Positions 1 through 10,863 of a stretch of 36,398 nucleotides of DNA are shown here, in pieces. The stretch is from a virus. The stretch lies in the UHGV virus genome UHGV-1395479; one strand, written 5' to 3'. The translations under genes were made by a program, and so were the position numbers. Within the stretch, counting starts at the first letter, position 1, and every line of letters starts with the position of its first letter. The notes under the pieces were generated by a model that was not told the DNA's origin, ran no database searches, and saw only the letters and a program-made list of their open reading frames with translations.

Positions 1-344
1 GCATACGCGCTGAACCATTCATTCACGCGCACAGACGGCCCCGCCATCACGCTGAACCAGCGGTTACGCACGGAATCCTCATGCCAGCGGGTATCGCTGT
101 AATGCGTTTTTTGCTCATCTTCAGCGTTGGCATAACTGAATGACGTAATCAGCCCCAGCGTGTCCGTAAACTCATAACGGTATTTCACGTTAATCCCGTT
201 CAGATCATCACTACCGGGAACGTTCGTCGAGGCATGAAGATACCCTGCGCTCAGTGTGGCCTGCTGCTCAGACGCCCATGCAGGCGCACCGGATACGGCC
301 AGACAGATGGCTGCGGACAAAATGGCTGCACAAACTTTACGCAT
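1..344 (-). CDS. lom: Lom outer-membrane protein (Ail/Lom family), 3' end truncated by window edge
   Basis: Minus-strand translation from ATG at 344-342 reads MRKVCAAILSAAICLAVSGAPAWASEQQATLSAGYLHASTN..., near-identical to lambda Lom N-terminus with signal peptide; GAGAGG SD upstream; lies directly downstream of J as in lambda. Confidence 0.85.
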   Translation of the reverse strand, partial: MRKVCAAILSAAICLAVSGAPAWASEQQATLSAGYLHASTNVPGSDDLNGINVKYRYEFTDTLGLITSFSYANAEDEQKTHYSDTRWHEDSVRNRWFSVMAGPSVRVNEWFSAY

Positions 345-365
345 AATTACCTCTCGCTTTTCTGC

Positions 366-394
366 AATAAAAAAGGCGCCATTTCTGGCGCCCG
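366..394 (-). terminator. Rho-independent terminator between J and lom
   Basis: GGCGCC/GGCGCC 6-bp stem (375-380, 387-392) with 6-nt loop, followed on the minus strand by a T-run (plus-strand A-run 368-374). Confidence 0.6.
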
Positions 395-411
395 TATCTG
401 GGTTATAAAAT

Positions 412-3400
412 TCAGCTAATCGTGATGCCTGCAGTGGCTTTCTTCATCACCACAACCAGCAAATCGCTGATACTTGCTGTGGGATACCAGTTATTTACCA
501 GCCATGCTGACACCGAAAACTCCAGTGTCATGTGACCGTGACCGGCAGGCATATCAATAACACCACTGTAAATCAGCGTATTATCCAGCGCGGTACGGTT
601 ATAAATTTCAGCACCGTTTTTCCGTACTATCAGGCGGCATGACGAATAAATATCGTTATTCTCCCGCTCATGTTTAGCGCCGCTGAATGCCACCGCCGGA
701 ATAACAATCTGCCGGTCAAACGGCTGATCGTCATAAACCCTGACGGTGATGGTCCCTGATGGCCACCGTTCCGGTGCACGGGAGTCCCGGGGGAAAGCTT
801 TGCCCACTGTTTTAACGAGATCGCCTTCAATCTGGTTGGCGGACAGTTTTCCCAGAACCCGACAGTTCTCGTTAATCGTGACGTTGTTGAGCGTCCCGGA
901 GTTCGCATTCACGTTACCGCTGATATCGGCATTTTTCGCCGTCAGCCGCCCGTCCGGTGTCAGGGAAAATACCGGAGGATTACCGCCGCTGGTAATGGTG
1001 GGAGCCGTCAGGCGTTTCAGGAACACTTCGTTCATGAATATCTGATCGCCCTGCCCAACAAACATCGGCTTTGTGTTGCCATTCGCAGGATTAATCATCG
1101 CAATCCTGTCTGCTGCCAGCAGCACCTGACTCTGCATGCCGTCAGGGGTGTTCTCAATACCGGCACCAATACCCGCGATATAAAGGCGTCCGTCCTGCAT
1201 CTGCTGCAGCTTCACAGCCCACATGCTGTTCAGGTTATTATTTGTATCAACCTGAACCTTCTGTATCTGCTGAATTGCCGCACTCTGGTCTTCCAGTTTC
1301 TTATTGACGGTCTGCGTGATTTCATTGCTGACATCCGTAATGGACGTCCTGATTTCAGCCAGGTCAGGCGCAAGCTGACCGTTATCAATCTGCGTCCACA
1401 GCTCCTGAGCCAGATGGGTTTTCCCTATCTCGCCTTTGAAAAAATCCAGATAACCGGATGCATCATCACTCGGCTGACCAACAGCCTCCACGAATGCCGA
1501 TTTGCCAACGGTGTTCACACTGCGGATATAAAAGTAATAATCATGGCCCGGTTTGATATTGATACTGGCGGCTATCCAGTACAGCGCCGTGCCAAGATAG
1601 CGTGCTGTGGTTTCAACCTGCCTGATATCCGCAATCCGCTTTTCCGAGAACCAGAACTCAAACTGTACCGTCGGATCATAAACCGCAAGATGCGGCGTGG
1701 CGGTTATCTGAAAATAGCCCGGCGTCAGCTCAATCCGCGACGGCGCTGCCGGTGCGGCAATCCGGAACGATACCGATGCCGGATCGCCCTGCTGCCCCCA
1801 CGCATTTACTGCCCGGACTGTCAGCCTGTAGTTCCCCAGCGCCAGTTGTGTGAAGCGGTAAGTGGTTTCCGTCGTCCGGGCCGTGCTGACCAGCCGCTCA
1901 CTGCCGTCATCCGCTGCCACGGTCAGGCGAAGCATAAAGCTCACCCCCTTCACCACCTTCGGCGTGTCCCAGCGCGCCAGCACCTGATATTCCCCGCTGT
2001 CTGCGGTGACTTCGGCAGTCAGGTGCTGCACCGCTGGCGGCGTGACACCATTCACCGTGCCACTCTGTTCGCCGTCAAAGTGCGCCCCGTTATCCACGAT
2101 GGCCTCTTTTTCCGGCACATGCTGCACGGCGGTGATGGCATACATGCCGTCGTCGTTTTCACGGATACTCACACAGCGGAATAGTCGCTGGCGCAGCGTC
2201 GGCAGCTTCAGCCCCCATACGCTGTATTCAGCAACACCGTCAGGAACACGGCTCACTTTTACCTTCACGCCGTCGGTGACGGACTGGACCTCCACGCTGA
2301 CCGGATTGCCACTTCCGTCAACCAGGCTTATCAGCGTGGTACCGGAGGATGGCAGCGTGATTTCACGGTCGAGCGTCAGCGTCCGGGTCTGGCTGTTCAC
2401 CGCCAGCACGCGCCCGCCGGTGCTGATACCGGCATAGTCATCATCGCAGATTTCAATGACATCGCCCGGTACATGGCGAAGCCCTTCAGCACCCACGCTG
2501 AAATCCACGGTCTGCGTCTCCAGCAGTTCCGTTTTAATCAGCCACAGCCCGGCGCGGTGTGCCTGCCCCCGGCTGGTACAGCCAAAGGCATCCATCTTCG
2601 TGACATTACGACCGTAACGGGCAATGGCCTGCGTATCTTCAACAAGCTCTGTCGCCGTCTCCCAGCCGTTGTTCGGGTCAATCCAGTTCACCTCAACGGC
2701 ATTATGGCGGTCCTTCAGGGCGCTGAAGCTGTAGCGGAACGGCGCGCCATCATCCGGCATCACCACATTACTGCGGTTATAGGTCCACACCTTATCCGAC
2801 GGTCGGTCCTGCACGAACGTCAGCGTCTGCCCGTTCCATACCGGCATACAGCGCATCGCCGAGCAGAAATCACTGAGCACATCCCACGCCTTACGCTGTG
2901 TGGTCAGCCAGGCATTACAGGTGATGCGCGGCTCCGTGCCGCCAAAACCGTCCGGCACCGACTGATCGCAATGCTGGCCGATGACATACAGCGCCCATTT
3001 GTCCACATCCGCCGCACCAAGACGTTTCCCCATGCCGTAGCGCGGATGGGTCAGCATATCCCACAGACACCAGGCCATGTTGTTGCTGTATGCTGGCTTA
3101 AACGTTCCGTCCCAGATACCGCTGTATTGCCGCGTCTGCGGGTTATAGTTCGACGGCACCTGCAGAATACGCCCGCGAAGATGATAATTACGGCTCACCT
3201 GCTGGCTGCCGAACTGCTCCGAGTCCACCTGTACGCCGACCAGTGCCGTGTTCGGGTAGCACTGTTTCACATCGATGATTTCGGTGTATGACGACCAGAG
3301 CGTTTTGTTCTGCAGCTGGTCTGTGGTGCTGTCCGGCGTCATCCTGCGCATCCGGATGTTGAACGGGCGCGGCGGCAGATTATCCACCACTACCGAGGCC

Positions 3401-3891
3401 AGATACTGCGAGGTGGTTTTGCCCTTAATGGTGATGTCTTTTTCCGTCACCCAGCCACCGTTACGCTGTATCTGAACCAGCAGGCGGACTTCCGACGGAT
3501 TCCGGTCCCCCTTTGAAGTGGTTTCCACCAGTGCCTGCACGCCGAAGGTAAAACGCAGTCGGTCGATGTTTGCCGACGTGATGGTCCGGGTGATCGGCGT
3601 GTCGTATTTCACTTCCGTACCCAGCACCGTCTCGGAGCCGGAGGATTCAAATCCCTCCGGCGGTGTCTGCTCCTGCTCACCGGCCCGGAACACCACCGTG
3701 ACACCGGAGATATTGGTATTCCCCTCACTGTCCAGCACCGGCGTACTGTTCAGCAGCACGCTTTTTAATCCGTCCACCGGACCTTCAATCGGCCCTTCGC
3801 TGATGGCGTCTATCACGCTCAGCATCTGGGATGATTTCAGGTTGTCCTTCGCTTCGCGCGGGGTATGCCCCTTACTGCTGCCTTTACCCAT
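412..3891 (-). CDS. J: Tail tip / host specificity protein J (central tail fibre)
   Basis: 1159-aa ORF; N-terminus [20 protein letters not shown]... and most of the length match lambda gpJ as recalled; last gene of the tail operon. Confidence 0.95.
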   Translation of the reverse strand: MGKGSSKGHTPREAKDNLKSSQMLSVIDAISEGPIEGPVDGLKSVLLNSTPVLDSEGNTNISGVTVVFRAGEQEQTPPEGFESSGSETVLGTEVKYDTPITRTITSANIDRLRFTFGVQALVETTSKGDRNPSEVRLLVQIQRNGGWVTEKDITIKGKTTSQYLASVVVDNLPPRPFNIRMRRMTPDSTTDQLQNKTLWSSYTEIIDVKQCYPNTALVGVQVDSEQFGSQQVSRNYHLRGRILQVPSNYNPQTRQYSGIWDGTFKPAYSNNMAWCLWDMLTHPRYGMGKRLGAADVDKWALYVIGQHCDQSVPDGFGGTEPRITCNAWLTTQRKAWDVLSDFCSAMRCMPVWNGQTLTFVQDRPSDKVWTYNRSNVVMPDDGAPFRYSFSALKDRHNAVEVNWIDPNNGWETATELVEDTQAIARYGRNVTKMDAFGCTSRGQAHRAGLWLIKTELLETQTVDFSVGAEGLRHVPGDVIEICDDDYAGISTGGRVLAVNSQTRTLTLDREITLPSSGTTLISLVDGSGNPVSVEVQSVTDGVKVKVSRVPDGVAEYSVWGLKLPTLRQRLFRCVSIRENDDGMYAITAVQHVPEKEAIVDNGAHFDGEQSGTVNGVTPPAVQHLTAEVTADSGEYQVLARWDTPKVVKGVSFMLRLTVAADDGSERLVSTARTTETTYRFTQLALGNYRLTVRAVNAWGQQGDPASVSFRIAAPAAPSRIELTPGYFQITATPHLAVYDPTVQFEFWFSEKRIADIRQVETTARYLGTALYWIAASINIKPGHDYYFYIRSVNTVGKSAFVEAVGQPSDDASGYLDFFKGEIGKTHLAQELWTQIDNGQLAPDLAEIRTSITDVSNEITQTVNKKLEDQSAAIQQIQKVQVDTNNNLNSMWAVKLQQMQDGRLYIAGIGAGIENTPDGMQSQVLLAADRIAMINPANGNTKPMFVGQGDQIFMNEVFLKRLTAPTITSGGNPPVFSLTPDGRLTAKNADISGNVNANSGTLNNVTINENCRVLGKLSANQIEGDLVKTVGKAFPRDSRAPERWPSGTITVRVYDDQPFDRQIVIPAVAFSGAKHERENNDIYSSCRLIVRKNGAEIYNRTALDNTLIYSGVIDMPAGHGHMTLEFSVSAWLVNNWYPTASISDLLVVVMKKATAGITIS

Positions 3892-3951
3892 TCCTCACGC
3901 TCCATAAACGACAAAACCGCCCGCAGGCGGTTTCACATAAAACGTTTTTCA

Positions 3952-4623
3952 TCAACGACCAATCACCACAACCTGACCACCGTCCCCCTCGTCTGCCGTG
4001 CTGATCTCCTGAGAAGCCACCCGCGACCCCACGCGCATTTCACCGTACAGAACAGGCAGAACATTGCCCTGGGCAACCATGTTATCCAGTGAGGAGAAAT
4101 AGGTGTTCTGCTTACCGTTATCCGTTGTCTGTGTACGGGGAGTTCTGGCTTTCGGTGCCAGCATCTGGGCCACACCACCGAGCACCATACTGGCACCGAG
4201 AGAAAACAGGATGCCGGTCATACCACCGGCCCCAATGGCTGCCCCCCACGCTGCAAGGGTGGCTCCGGCAGTAAAGAATGATCCGGCAATGGCGGCTGCT
4301 CCCAGGACAATCTGGAATACGCCACCTGACTTGGCCCCGGCGACTCTGGGAACAATATGAATCACAGCGCCATCAGGCAGAGTCTCATGTAACTGCGCCG
4401 TTAACCCGGACGTGCTGACGTCCCGCCCGGCAATCCGTACCTGATACCAGCCGTCGCTCAGTTTCTGACGAAACGCCGGGATCTGCATGGCCAGCGCCCG
4501 GATGGCTTCGGCCCCCGTTTTCACACGCAGATCGATGCGGCGGCCAAATCGTTGTAAATCCCCGTAAAGGCAGATGCGTGCCATGCCTGGTGACGCCAGA
4601 GGGAGTGTGTGCGTCGCTGCCAT
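3952..4623 (-). CDS. I: Tail assembly protein I
   Basis: 223 aa, MAATHTLPLASPGMARICLYGDLQRFGRR... matches lambda gpI; C-terminal Gly/Ala-rich hydrophobic region. Confidence 0.9.
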   Translation of the reverse strand: MAATHTLPLASPGMARICLYGDLQRFGRRIDLRVKTGAEAIRALAMQIPAFRQKLSDGWYQVRIAGRDVSTSGLTAQLHETLPDGAVIHIVPRVAGAKSGGVFQIVLGAAAIAGSFFTAGATLAAWGAAIGAGGMTGILFSLGASMVLGGVAQMLAPKARTPRTQTTDNGKQNTYFSSLDNMVAQGNVLPVLYGEMRVGSRVASQEISTADEGDGGQVVVIGR

Positions 4624-5264
4624 TTGTCGGTGTACCTCTCTCGTTTACTCAGTTGTTCAGGAATATGGTGCAGCAGCTCACCGTCACCACAGTAAATGGC
4701 GGCATGATTCGGCACCGATGAACCAAAACAGCACAGCAGCACATCGCCCGGCTGCGCCGCTGACAACGGCATCTGATACAGCCCTGTGGCCTCCAGATTA
4801 TCCAGATAGAGATTCTGGCCGTGACGCCACCAGTCATCCTCACGATGAAAATCCGGCATCTCAATCCCCGCCAGATGGTAAGCATCCCGGAACAGCGTGT
4901 AACAGTCCGTCACACCGTGCTCAAAGCGCCGCCCGGTGAGATGCGGCACACAGCGGAACTTATGAATCGTCCCCCGGCAGACCAGCCACCAAGGCAAATC
5001 ACTCTGCACCTGCAGCCGCCGGTCGGCCTCACTCAGCCAGGGCAGACCACCGGGGTGGCTGTGGACCAGCGCCACAATCTCACCCTGCATCTCTGCCTGC
5101 AGCCAGTCTTCCGGCGACATACGGAAATACGCCTCCGGCTCACCGGAGATATTCACGCAGGGAAAATATCTTTCCCCTTCCGGCGTTCTCACCACGAAGC
5201 CGCACGACTCCGCTGGCGCACATCGCCGGGCGTGCGCCAGAATCGCTGATTCTGTCTCTGTCAT
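4521..5264 (-). CDS. K: Tail assembly protein K (JAMM/MPN plus NlpC/P60 domains)
   Basis: MTETESAILAHARRCAPAESCGFVV... matches lambda gpK; HSHPGG JAMM-type motif; 3' end overlaps I as in lambda. Confidence 0.9.
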   Translation of the reverse strand: MTETESAILAHARRCAPAESCGFVVRTPEGERYFPCVNISGEPEAYFRMSPEDWLQAEMQGEIVALVHSHPGGLPWLSEADRRLQVQSDLPWWLVCRGTIHKFRCVPHLTGRRFEHGVTDCYTLFRDAYHLAGIEMPDFHREDDWWRHGQNLYLDNLEATGLYQMPLSAAQPGDVLLCCFGSSVPNHAAIYCGDGELLHHIPEQLSKRERYTDKWQRRTHSLWRHQAWHASAFTGIYNDLAAASICV

Positions 5265-5269
5265 GGGAT

Positions 5270-5968
5270 TTACTGCGAAAGTTTGTTAATGGAAAGGAAG
5301 CCGCCAAAGTTGCCGACATTATTGCGGAACTTACAACCGCTCAGGCATTTGCTGCATTTATCCTTCGTGATATCGGACGTTGGCTGGTCATATTCATCCG
5401 CGACTGCCGGACCGTGATAACCGCACTCATCACCGCGATAGGTCCAGGTGCAGGTGTTGGCCAGCATGATACGTCCCGGAAAAACAGCGCCATCCGTTTC
5501 CGTCGGCGTGGACAGTACAAAGGAGGCACTCACCGCGCTCAGTTCGCTGCACTGCTCGATGCGCCAGCGGCTGATCACCTCCTGCTCCGGATCGGCGTCA
5601 CTGTTTCCGTTGACGAAGTTCACCGCATCCAGAAAACGGGCGTAAACCTTACGCCGGACCACCGTTCCGCCGACCAGACTCTGCAGATCTTCCGCCATCC
5701 CGGTGACCATACCGTACAGGTTAGAAACCGTCAGCGTGGGGCGCGTACTGGTGCCTTTGCCATTCAGTTCAAAACCACTCCCCTGAATGGGATACGGCTG
5801 ATACTGTCGCCCCTGCCAGGTGACCGGCTCACCTTTTTCGTTCTGCTCATTACAGAAAAAATAACGTTCTCCACCGACCTCTGTCAGGTCGATTTCCCAG
5901 AGCACCACGCTGGCCGACTGCTCCGCACGGGTGCATTCATTCAGTGTTTCCTGCCGGATATCCTGCAT
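5270..5968 (-). CDS. L: Minor tail protein L
   Basis: 232 aa, same length and position as lambda gpL; cysteine cluster near C-terminus. Confidence 0.9.
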   Translation of the reverse strand: MQDIRQETLNECTRAEQSASVVLWEIDLTEVGGERYFFCNEQNEKGEPVTWQGRQYQPYPIQGSGFELNGKGTSTRPTLTVSNLYGMVTGMAEDLQSLVGGTVVRRKVYARFLDAVNFVNGNSDADPEQEVISRWRIEQCSELSAVSASFVLSTPTETDGAVFPGRIMLANTCTWTYRGDECGYHGPAVADEYDQPTSDITKDKCSKCLSGCKFRNNVGNFGGFLSINKLSQ

Positions 5969-6297
5969 CAGTTCACCACCTGTTCAAACTCTGCGCTGAA
6001 CTCAACACGCAACATACTGACCCGCGACGACCATTTTGCGCAGGTCACCTTTATCTGCCGCCACTCATAAGGCGGCGTCCACAGAAAGGATTTCCAGCCC
6101 CCGTGCTCTTCCAGAAACGACTCCAGTACCGTGGCCTCCTCACGGGGGACAGAAAGCGTCACGCTGTACGTTTTCAGGTTGGCATTCAGCCCGGCAGGCG
6201 CTCGCTGAGAATAGCCATCACCAAAGCGCACCTTTCTTACAGAAGGGACCGAAGCCACATCCATACCGGGTTTCACTTTCCAGCGGAAGGTCTTCAT
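5968..6297 (-). CDS. M: Minor tail protein M
   Basis: 109 aa, same length and position as lambda gpM; start overlaps H stop. Confidence 0.9.
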   Translation of the reverse strand: MKTFRWKVKPGMDVASVPSVRKVRFGDGYSQRAPAGLNANLKTYSVTLSVPREEATVLESFLEEHGGWKSFLWTPPYEWRQIKVTCAKWSSRVSMLRVEFSAEFEQVVN

Positions 6298-8873
6298 CGT
6301 CCACCTCCGGAGAACAGGCCACCATCGCGCATCTGCCCGGTCACAACATCCATTGCCGCCTTACGGGCTACGTCATAAACAGCCTTCAGCGCCTGTGGCC
6401 CTATCTGCCCGTTCGTGCCGTCGTTGTTAATCACCACATGGTTATTCTGCTCAAACGTCCCGGACGCCTGCGACCGGCTGTCTGCCATGCTGCCCGGTGT
6501 ACCGACATAACCGCCGGTGGCATAGCCGCGCATCAGCCGGTAAAGATTCCCCACGCCAATCCGGCTGGTTGCCTCCTTCGTGAAGACAAACTCACCACGG
6601 TGAACAATCCCCGCTGGCTCATATTTGCCGCCGGTTCCCGTAAATCCTCCGGTTGCAAAATGGAATTTCGCCGCAGCGGCCTGAATGGCTGTACCGCCTG
6701 ACGCGGATGCGCCGCCACCAACAGCCCCGCCAATGGCGCTGCCGATACTCCCGACAATCCCCACCATTGCCTGCTTAAGCAGAATTTCTGTCATCATGGA
6801 CAGCACGGAACGGGTGAAGCTGCGCCAGTTCTGCTCACTGCCGGTCAGCATCGCCGCCATATTCTGTGCAATACCATCAAAGGTCTGCGTGGCTGCACTT
6901 TTTACCTGCGACATACTGTCCGTGGCGCTCTCTTCCCACTCACTCCAGCCGGACTTCAGGCCTGCCATCCAGTTCCCGCGAAGCTGGTCTTCAGCCGCCC
7001 AGGTCTTTTTCTGCTCTGACATGACGTTATTCAGCGCCAGCGGATTATCGCCATACTGTTCCTTCAGGCGCTGTTCCGTGGCTTCCCGTTCTGCCTGCCG
7101 GTCAGTCAGCCCCCGGCTTTTCGCATCAATGGCGGCCCGTTTTGCCCGTTGCTGCTGTGCGAATTTATCCGCCTGCTGCGCCAGCGCGTTCAGGCGCTCC
7201 TGATACGTAACCTTGTCGCCAAGTGCAGCCAGCTGGCGTTTGTACTCCAGCGTCTCATCTTTATGCGCCAGCAGGGATTTCTCCTGTGCAGACAGCTGGC
7301 GACGTTGCGCCGCCTCCTCCAGTACCGCGAACTGACTCTCCGCCTTCCACAAATCCCGGCGCTGCTGGCTGATTTTCTCATTTGCTCCGGCATGCTTCTC
7401 CAGCGTCCGGAGTTCAGCCTGAAGCGTCAGCAGGGCAGCATGAGCACTGTCTTCCTGACGATCGCCCGCAGACACCTTCACGCCGGACTGTTTCGGCTTT
7501 TTCAGCGTCGCTTCATAATCCTTTTTCGCCGCCGCCATCAGCGTGTTGTAATCCGCCTGCAGGATTTTCCCGTCTTTCAGTGCCTTGTTCAGTTCTTCCT
7601 GACGGGCGGTATATTTCTCCAGCGGCGTCTGCAGCCGTTCGTAAGCCTTCTGCGCCTCTTCGGTATATTTCAGCCGTGATGCCTCAGACTCGGCCCAGTC
7701 CTTTGCTGCCATCTCTCTGGCCTTTTCAAGATCGGCCTGCAACGTGGCGGCTGAAAGCCCAAGTTGCGCATTCGCTCTGTCCTCCCATGCTCCCCGGAGA
7801 TTGGCAAGAAATGCTGAGGTTTTACCGCGCCGGTGGCTCCGACTCTGATACCACTGCCATTTTTTGTCCGCCTCATCAAAAGCCTTTTCTGCTTTCTCCA
7901 GCATTCCCTGGGCAGTGTCCGGGCGACCAATATCCAGCACCGAATCCCACATGGATTTGAATGCCCGTGCTGTCCTGTCTGCCCAGGTCTCCAGCGTGCC
8001 CATGTTCTCTTTCAGGCGGCGGGTCTGGTCATCAAACCCTTTCGTTGCGGCCTCGTTCGCCGCCTGCAATGCCCCGGCTTCATCTCCGGAACGCTGCAAC
8101 TGAGCAACATACGCAATCTGCTCCGCCGTCACGTTACGGAACTGACGTGCCATCGCTGTCAGTCCCGACGTCGGGTCTGTGGTCAGCTTCCCGAAGGCTT
8201 CAGCGACCTTGTCCACCTCCACGCCGGATGCAGAGGAGAAACGCGCCACACTCTGGCTGATCGCCTCAAACTGCTCACCACCACGCACACCGGCATTCAC
8301 CAGCGCCGTCAGTGACTCGCTGGTCTGGTTAAACGTCAGCCCTGCCGCCTGCCCGGCTCTGGACAGGGCCAGAATACGATCTGCCGTCAGTCCCGCCTGA
8401 TTGCCGGAAAGGACCAGCGTTTTGTTGAAATCGGACAGGGTTGAGTTGCCCTGATACCAGGCATACGCCAGCGCACCGGTCGCCACCGCCAGCGAGGTGG
8501 CCCCCACCATCGGCAGGGTGATCGCACCGGCAAGCCCCCTGAACATGGGGATCATCCCGCCGAAGGAGTCCTTAACCTGACCACCCTGTTGCAGCAGGAT
8601 CAGCCACGGACTTTGCCCGCCTGCAAGCTGCGTGGCCACGTCGGTGAACTGTGCAGGCAGCATACGCATGGCGGCTTTATACTGCCCGACGGAAATCCCC
8701 GCTTTCTGTGCAGCCAGCGCCTGTCGGCTCAGCGACTGTTCAACGACTGCCGCTGTTTTTTTCGCATCAGTTTCCGTACCGGAAAAATGACGCCTGACTC
8801 TGGCCATCTGCTCGTCAAATCTGGCCGCATCCAGACTTAAATCAACGACCAGATCGCCTACCGGTTCAGCCAT
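6294..8873 (-). CDS. H: Tail tape measure protein H
   Basis: 859 aa; MAEPVGDLVVDLSLDAARFDEQMARVRRHFSG... matches lambda gpH; long coiled-coil-rich middle, Gly-rich C-terminus. Confidence 0.95.
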   Translation of the reverse strand: MAEPVGDLVVDLSLDAARFDEQMARVRRHFSGTETDAKKTAAVVEQSLSRQALAAQKAGISVGQYKAAMRMLPAQFTDVATQLAGGQSPWLILLQQGGQVKDSFGGMIPMFRGLAGAITLPMVGATSLAVATGALAYAWYQGNSTLSDFNKTLVLSGNQAGLTADRILALSRAGQAAGLTFNQTSESLTALVNAGVRGGEQFEAISQSVARFSSASGVEVDKVAEAFGKLTTDPTSGLTAMARQFRNVTAEQIAYVAQLQRSGDEAGALQAANEAATKGFDDQTRRLKENMGTLETWADRTARAFKSMWDSVLDIGRPDTAQGMLEKAEKAFDEADKKWQWYQSRSHRRGKTSAFLANLRGAWEDRANAQLGLSAATLQADLEKAREMAAKDWAESEASRLKYTEEAQKAYERLQTPLEKYTARQEELNKALKDGKILQADYNTLMAAAKKDYEATLKKPKQSGVKVSAGDRQEDSAHAALLTLQAELRTLEKHAGANEKISQQRRDLWKAESQFAVLEEAAQRRQLSAQEKSLLAHKDETLEYKRQLAALGDKVTYQERLNALAQQADKFAQQQRAKRAAIDAKSRGLTDRQAEREATEQRLKEQYGDNPLALNNVMSEQKKTWAAEDQLRGNWMAGLKSGWSEWEESATDSMSQVKSAATQTFDGIAQNMAAMLTGSEQNWRSFTRSVLSMMTEILLKQAMVGIVGSIGSAIGGAVGGGASASGGTAIQAAAAKFHFATGGFTGTGGKYEPAGIVHRGEFVFTKEATSRIGVGNLYRLMRGYATGGYVGTPGSMADSRSQASGTFEQNNHVVINNDGTNGQIGPQALKAVYDVARKAAMDVVTGQMRDGGLFSGGGR

Positions 8874-9704
8874 ACCGGACTCCTCCTGCGATCCCTTCTG
8901 ATACTGTCATCAGCATTACGTCATCCTCCGTCATGTCCGCCACATCCGGGGAAGTAGGGATAACTTCATTCCCGTCCGGGCCAAAGCGGACACCTCCGGC
9001 AAGCCCTGCCGCTTTCTGCATCAGCACATCATCTTCAGGCTCTTCGTCAGCCTCGCGCCGGTTCAGCAGACTGAAATCCAGCGGATGCATATCCGGATCG
9101 CTGAAAAACAGGCTGAGCACGGTGTACGTCAGCCCGGAAAAGTGCATATCCAGCAGAACATCATGAAAATAATGGGTACTGTAAAAGCGGTGCCAGTCGG
9201 CATACTCCGTGGATGACATCCCGGCAAGCATGGCGCGCCAGTCAGGTCGCCCCATCTCACGCGCCAGTTTCAGGGCAAAACTCAGCTCACCGTCGAACAC
9301 TTTCCCGCAGAAACAGGCTCTGCAGGCCCGGCGTCCTCTGCCTGTTCAGGGGCATCATTCACAACAAACTCAGACATACCGGACAGACGCATTACCACAT
9401 TTTCAGCCTGAGCAATTGCCTCTGTGGGCCAGGTGGTAAGCACTTCCTGCTCAATTTGTTTAACGGCTTCATTCATGGACGGCATCTTTGTCTTCTGCGG
9501 ATGGTTATGCCACAGGGACATCGCCACCAGAAAAGCACCGGTTCTGACGAGATCTTCCACGCTCACCTGTCGATTGAGACTGGATCCCGCCTGTTCTGCC
9601 TGTCGTTTCAGCAGGGCGAGATGCTCAATTCGCTGCAGGGCTGACAGTTCAGAAAGCGTGACGGTCACACCGTTATGTTCAAATGATTCGGTTTTCAGGA
9701 ACAT
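8866..9704 (-). CDS. GT: Tail assembly chaperone G-T fusion made by programmed -1 ribosomal frameshift
   Basis: T-frame ORF 8866-9300 (..FDGELSFALKLAREMGRPDW..) lacks its own start and overlaps G; slippery heptamer GGGAAAG on minus strand (plus CTTTCCC at 9300-9306). Confidence 0.85.
9282..9704 (-). CDS. G: Tail assembly chaperone G
   Basis: 140 aa, MFLKTESFEHNGVTVTLSELSALQRIEHLALL... matches lambda gpG; slippery heptamer near its 3' end. Confidence 0.9.
   Translation of the reverse strand: MFLKTESFEHNGVTVTLSELSALQRIEHLALLKRQAEQAGSSLNRQVSVEDLVRTGAFLVAMSLWHNHPQKTKMPSMNEAVKQIEQEVLTTWPTEAIAQAENVVMRLSGMSEFVVNDAPEQAEDAGPAEPVSAGKCSTVS
9300..9306 (-). promoter_or_regulatory. Slippery heptamer G GGA AAG for the G-to-T -1 frameshift
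   Basis: Plus-strand CTTTCCC at 9300-9306, i.e. GGGAAAG on the coding strand, positioned at the G/T overlap. Confidence 0.8.
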
Positions 9705-9719
9705 CGCTGACTCTCCGGA

Positions 9720-10460
9720 TTAACTGTCGGTGACGGTGATTCCTGCAACCACAGCAAGTTCACCATTACCGGATACAACCGGAATGTTGACCTTGCCTGC
9801 AGCAACACCTTTCACGGTGATGGTCATACCACTGACCGACACGGTGGCTTTTGTTTTATCCGCAGACACCGCACGGAAGCTCTTGTCGGTTGCGCCTTCC
9901 GGCTGGAATGCCACGGTCAGCGTGATGCTCCGCCCTTTCACCACCGAAGTGCTGGCAGGCGTCACGGTCATGCCGGTTGCCGCTGTTACCGTGCTGCGAT
10001 CTTCTGCCATCGACGGACGTCCCACGTTGGTGACTTTCACCGTGCGGGTGATCACTTCCTTCGCCGTCACCGCCTTACCGATACTGCTGACCCAGCCGCG
10101 GAACACATCGACCGTGCCGTTCGGGAAGCGGATTTTATAGGCACGGGTATCCCCTTTATTAAACCACGCCAGCAGCGCCTGCTGCCCCTGCTCTCCGGGC
10201 ATCCACGCCAGCGTGAAGCTGGTATCTCCGGCAGATTTCTGCCCCTGCCCGGTCGCAGTCCAGTCCGCATTTTCATCATCGAGATAGCTGTCGTCATAGG
10301 ACTCAGCGGTCAGTTCGCCGGGCGTCAGGTCTTTAACTTTTGCCAGACGCGACCAGTCAACGTCTGAAAGCGGATTCGCATAAGGGTCACCGCTCCCGTT
10401 ATAAACCCACAGGGTGGTCCCGGCCCCTTTCACCGGTGCCAGAGGATTTGGTGTTGGCAT
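9720..10460 (-). CDS. V: Major tail protein V (with C-terminal Ig-like domain)
   Basis: Matches lambda gpV from [20 protein letters not shown]...; start placed at internal Met at 10460 to give lambda-like 246 aa rather than the 256-aa maximal ORF. Confidence 0.9.
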   Translation of the reverse strand: MPTPNPLAPVKGAGTTLWVYNGSGDPYANPLSDVDWSRLAKVKDLTPGELTAESYDDSYLDDENADWTATGQGQKSAGDTSFTLAWMPGEQGQQALLAWFNKGDTRAYKIRFPNGTVDVFRGWVSSIGKAVTAKEVITRTVKVTNVGRPSMAEDRSTVTAATGMTVTPASTSVVKGRSITLTVAFQPEGATDKSFRAVSADKTKATVSVSGMTITVKGVAAGKVNIPVVSGNGELAVVAGITVTDS

Positions 10461-10467
10461 ATCGTCC

Positions 10468-10863
10468 TCACATTTCATAGGTAATGACATAAGTCAGATC
10501 GGCTGAACTCCACAGGCCCGCATCATCGTCGCGCCGGTAGTCATAGCCGCTGGCCACCATACTGGTGATCAAATCTGACAGTGCCGGGATATCGCTCATC
10601 ACCGGATAAATCCGGGACTCCATCCACGCATCCAGCTCTGAATCCGGCACCTGAGCAGGCAGGAAAACTTCGATATGCAGCTCCGCCTGCCAGGTATCGC
10701 TGTCCAGCTCTTCGCCCGTGTATTCAGCGCCGGTGAGATAAACGGCAACTGCCGGAAAATCCGCCTCATCAAAAACAGCGGGGCGACCATCAAAAAACGT
10801 CGCCCCGGTGTCATGCTTCTCCAGTGCATCCAGTACGGCTGCACGGAGTTCAGTATGTTTCAT
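10468..10863 (-). CDS. U: Tail terminator protein U
   Basis: 131 aa, [31 protein letters not shown]... matches lambda gpU. Confidence 0.9.
   Translation of the reverse strand: MKHTELRAAVLDALEKHDTGATFFDGRPAVFDEADFPAVAVYLTGAEYTGEELDSDTWQAELHIEVFLPAQVPDSELDAWMESRIYPVMSDIPALSDLITSMVASGYDYRRDDDAGLWSSADLTYVITYEM

Noticed and set aside
234-419. 61-aa plus-strand ORF between lom and J
   Set aside because: Overlaps the lom start and the J-lom terminator hairpin; Cys/Arg-rich junk translation.
1414-3291. Long plus-strand ORFs (1414-2184, 2006-2437, 2473-3291) inside the J gene
   Set aside because: Antisense shadow ORFs of a strongly supported lambda J coding region; GC-rich antisense frames often stay open; no RBS or homology support.
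6685-8315. Multiple plus-strand ORFs (e.g. 6685-7203, 7149-7679, 7382-7960, 7833-8315) opposite the tape measure gene H
   Set aside because: Shadow ORFs with low-complexity, Arg/Leu/Ser-rich translations typical of antisense to a GC-rich gene.
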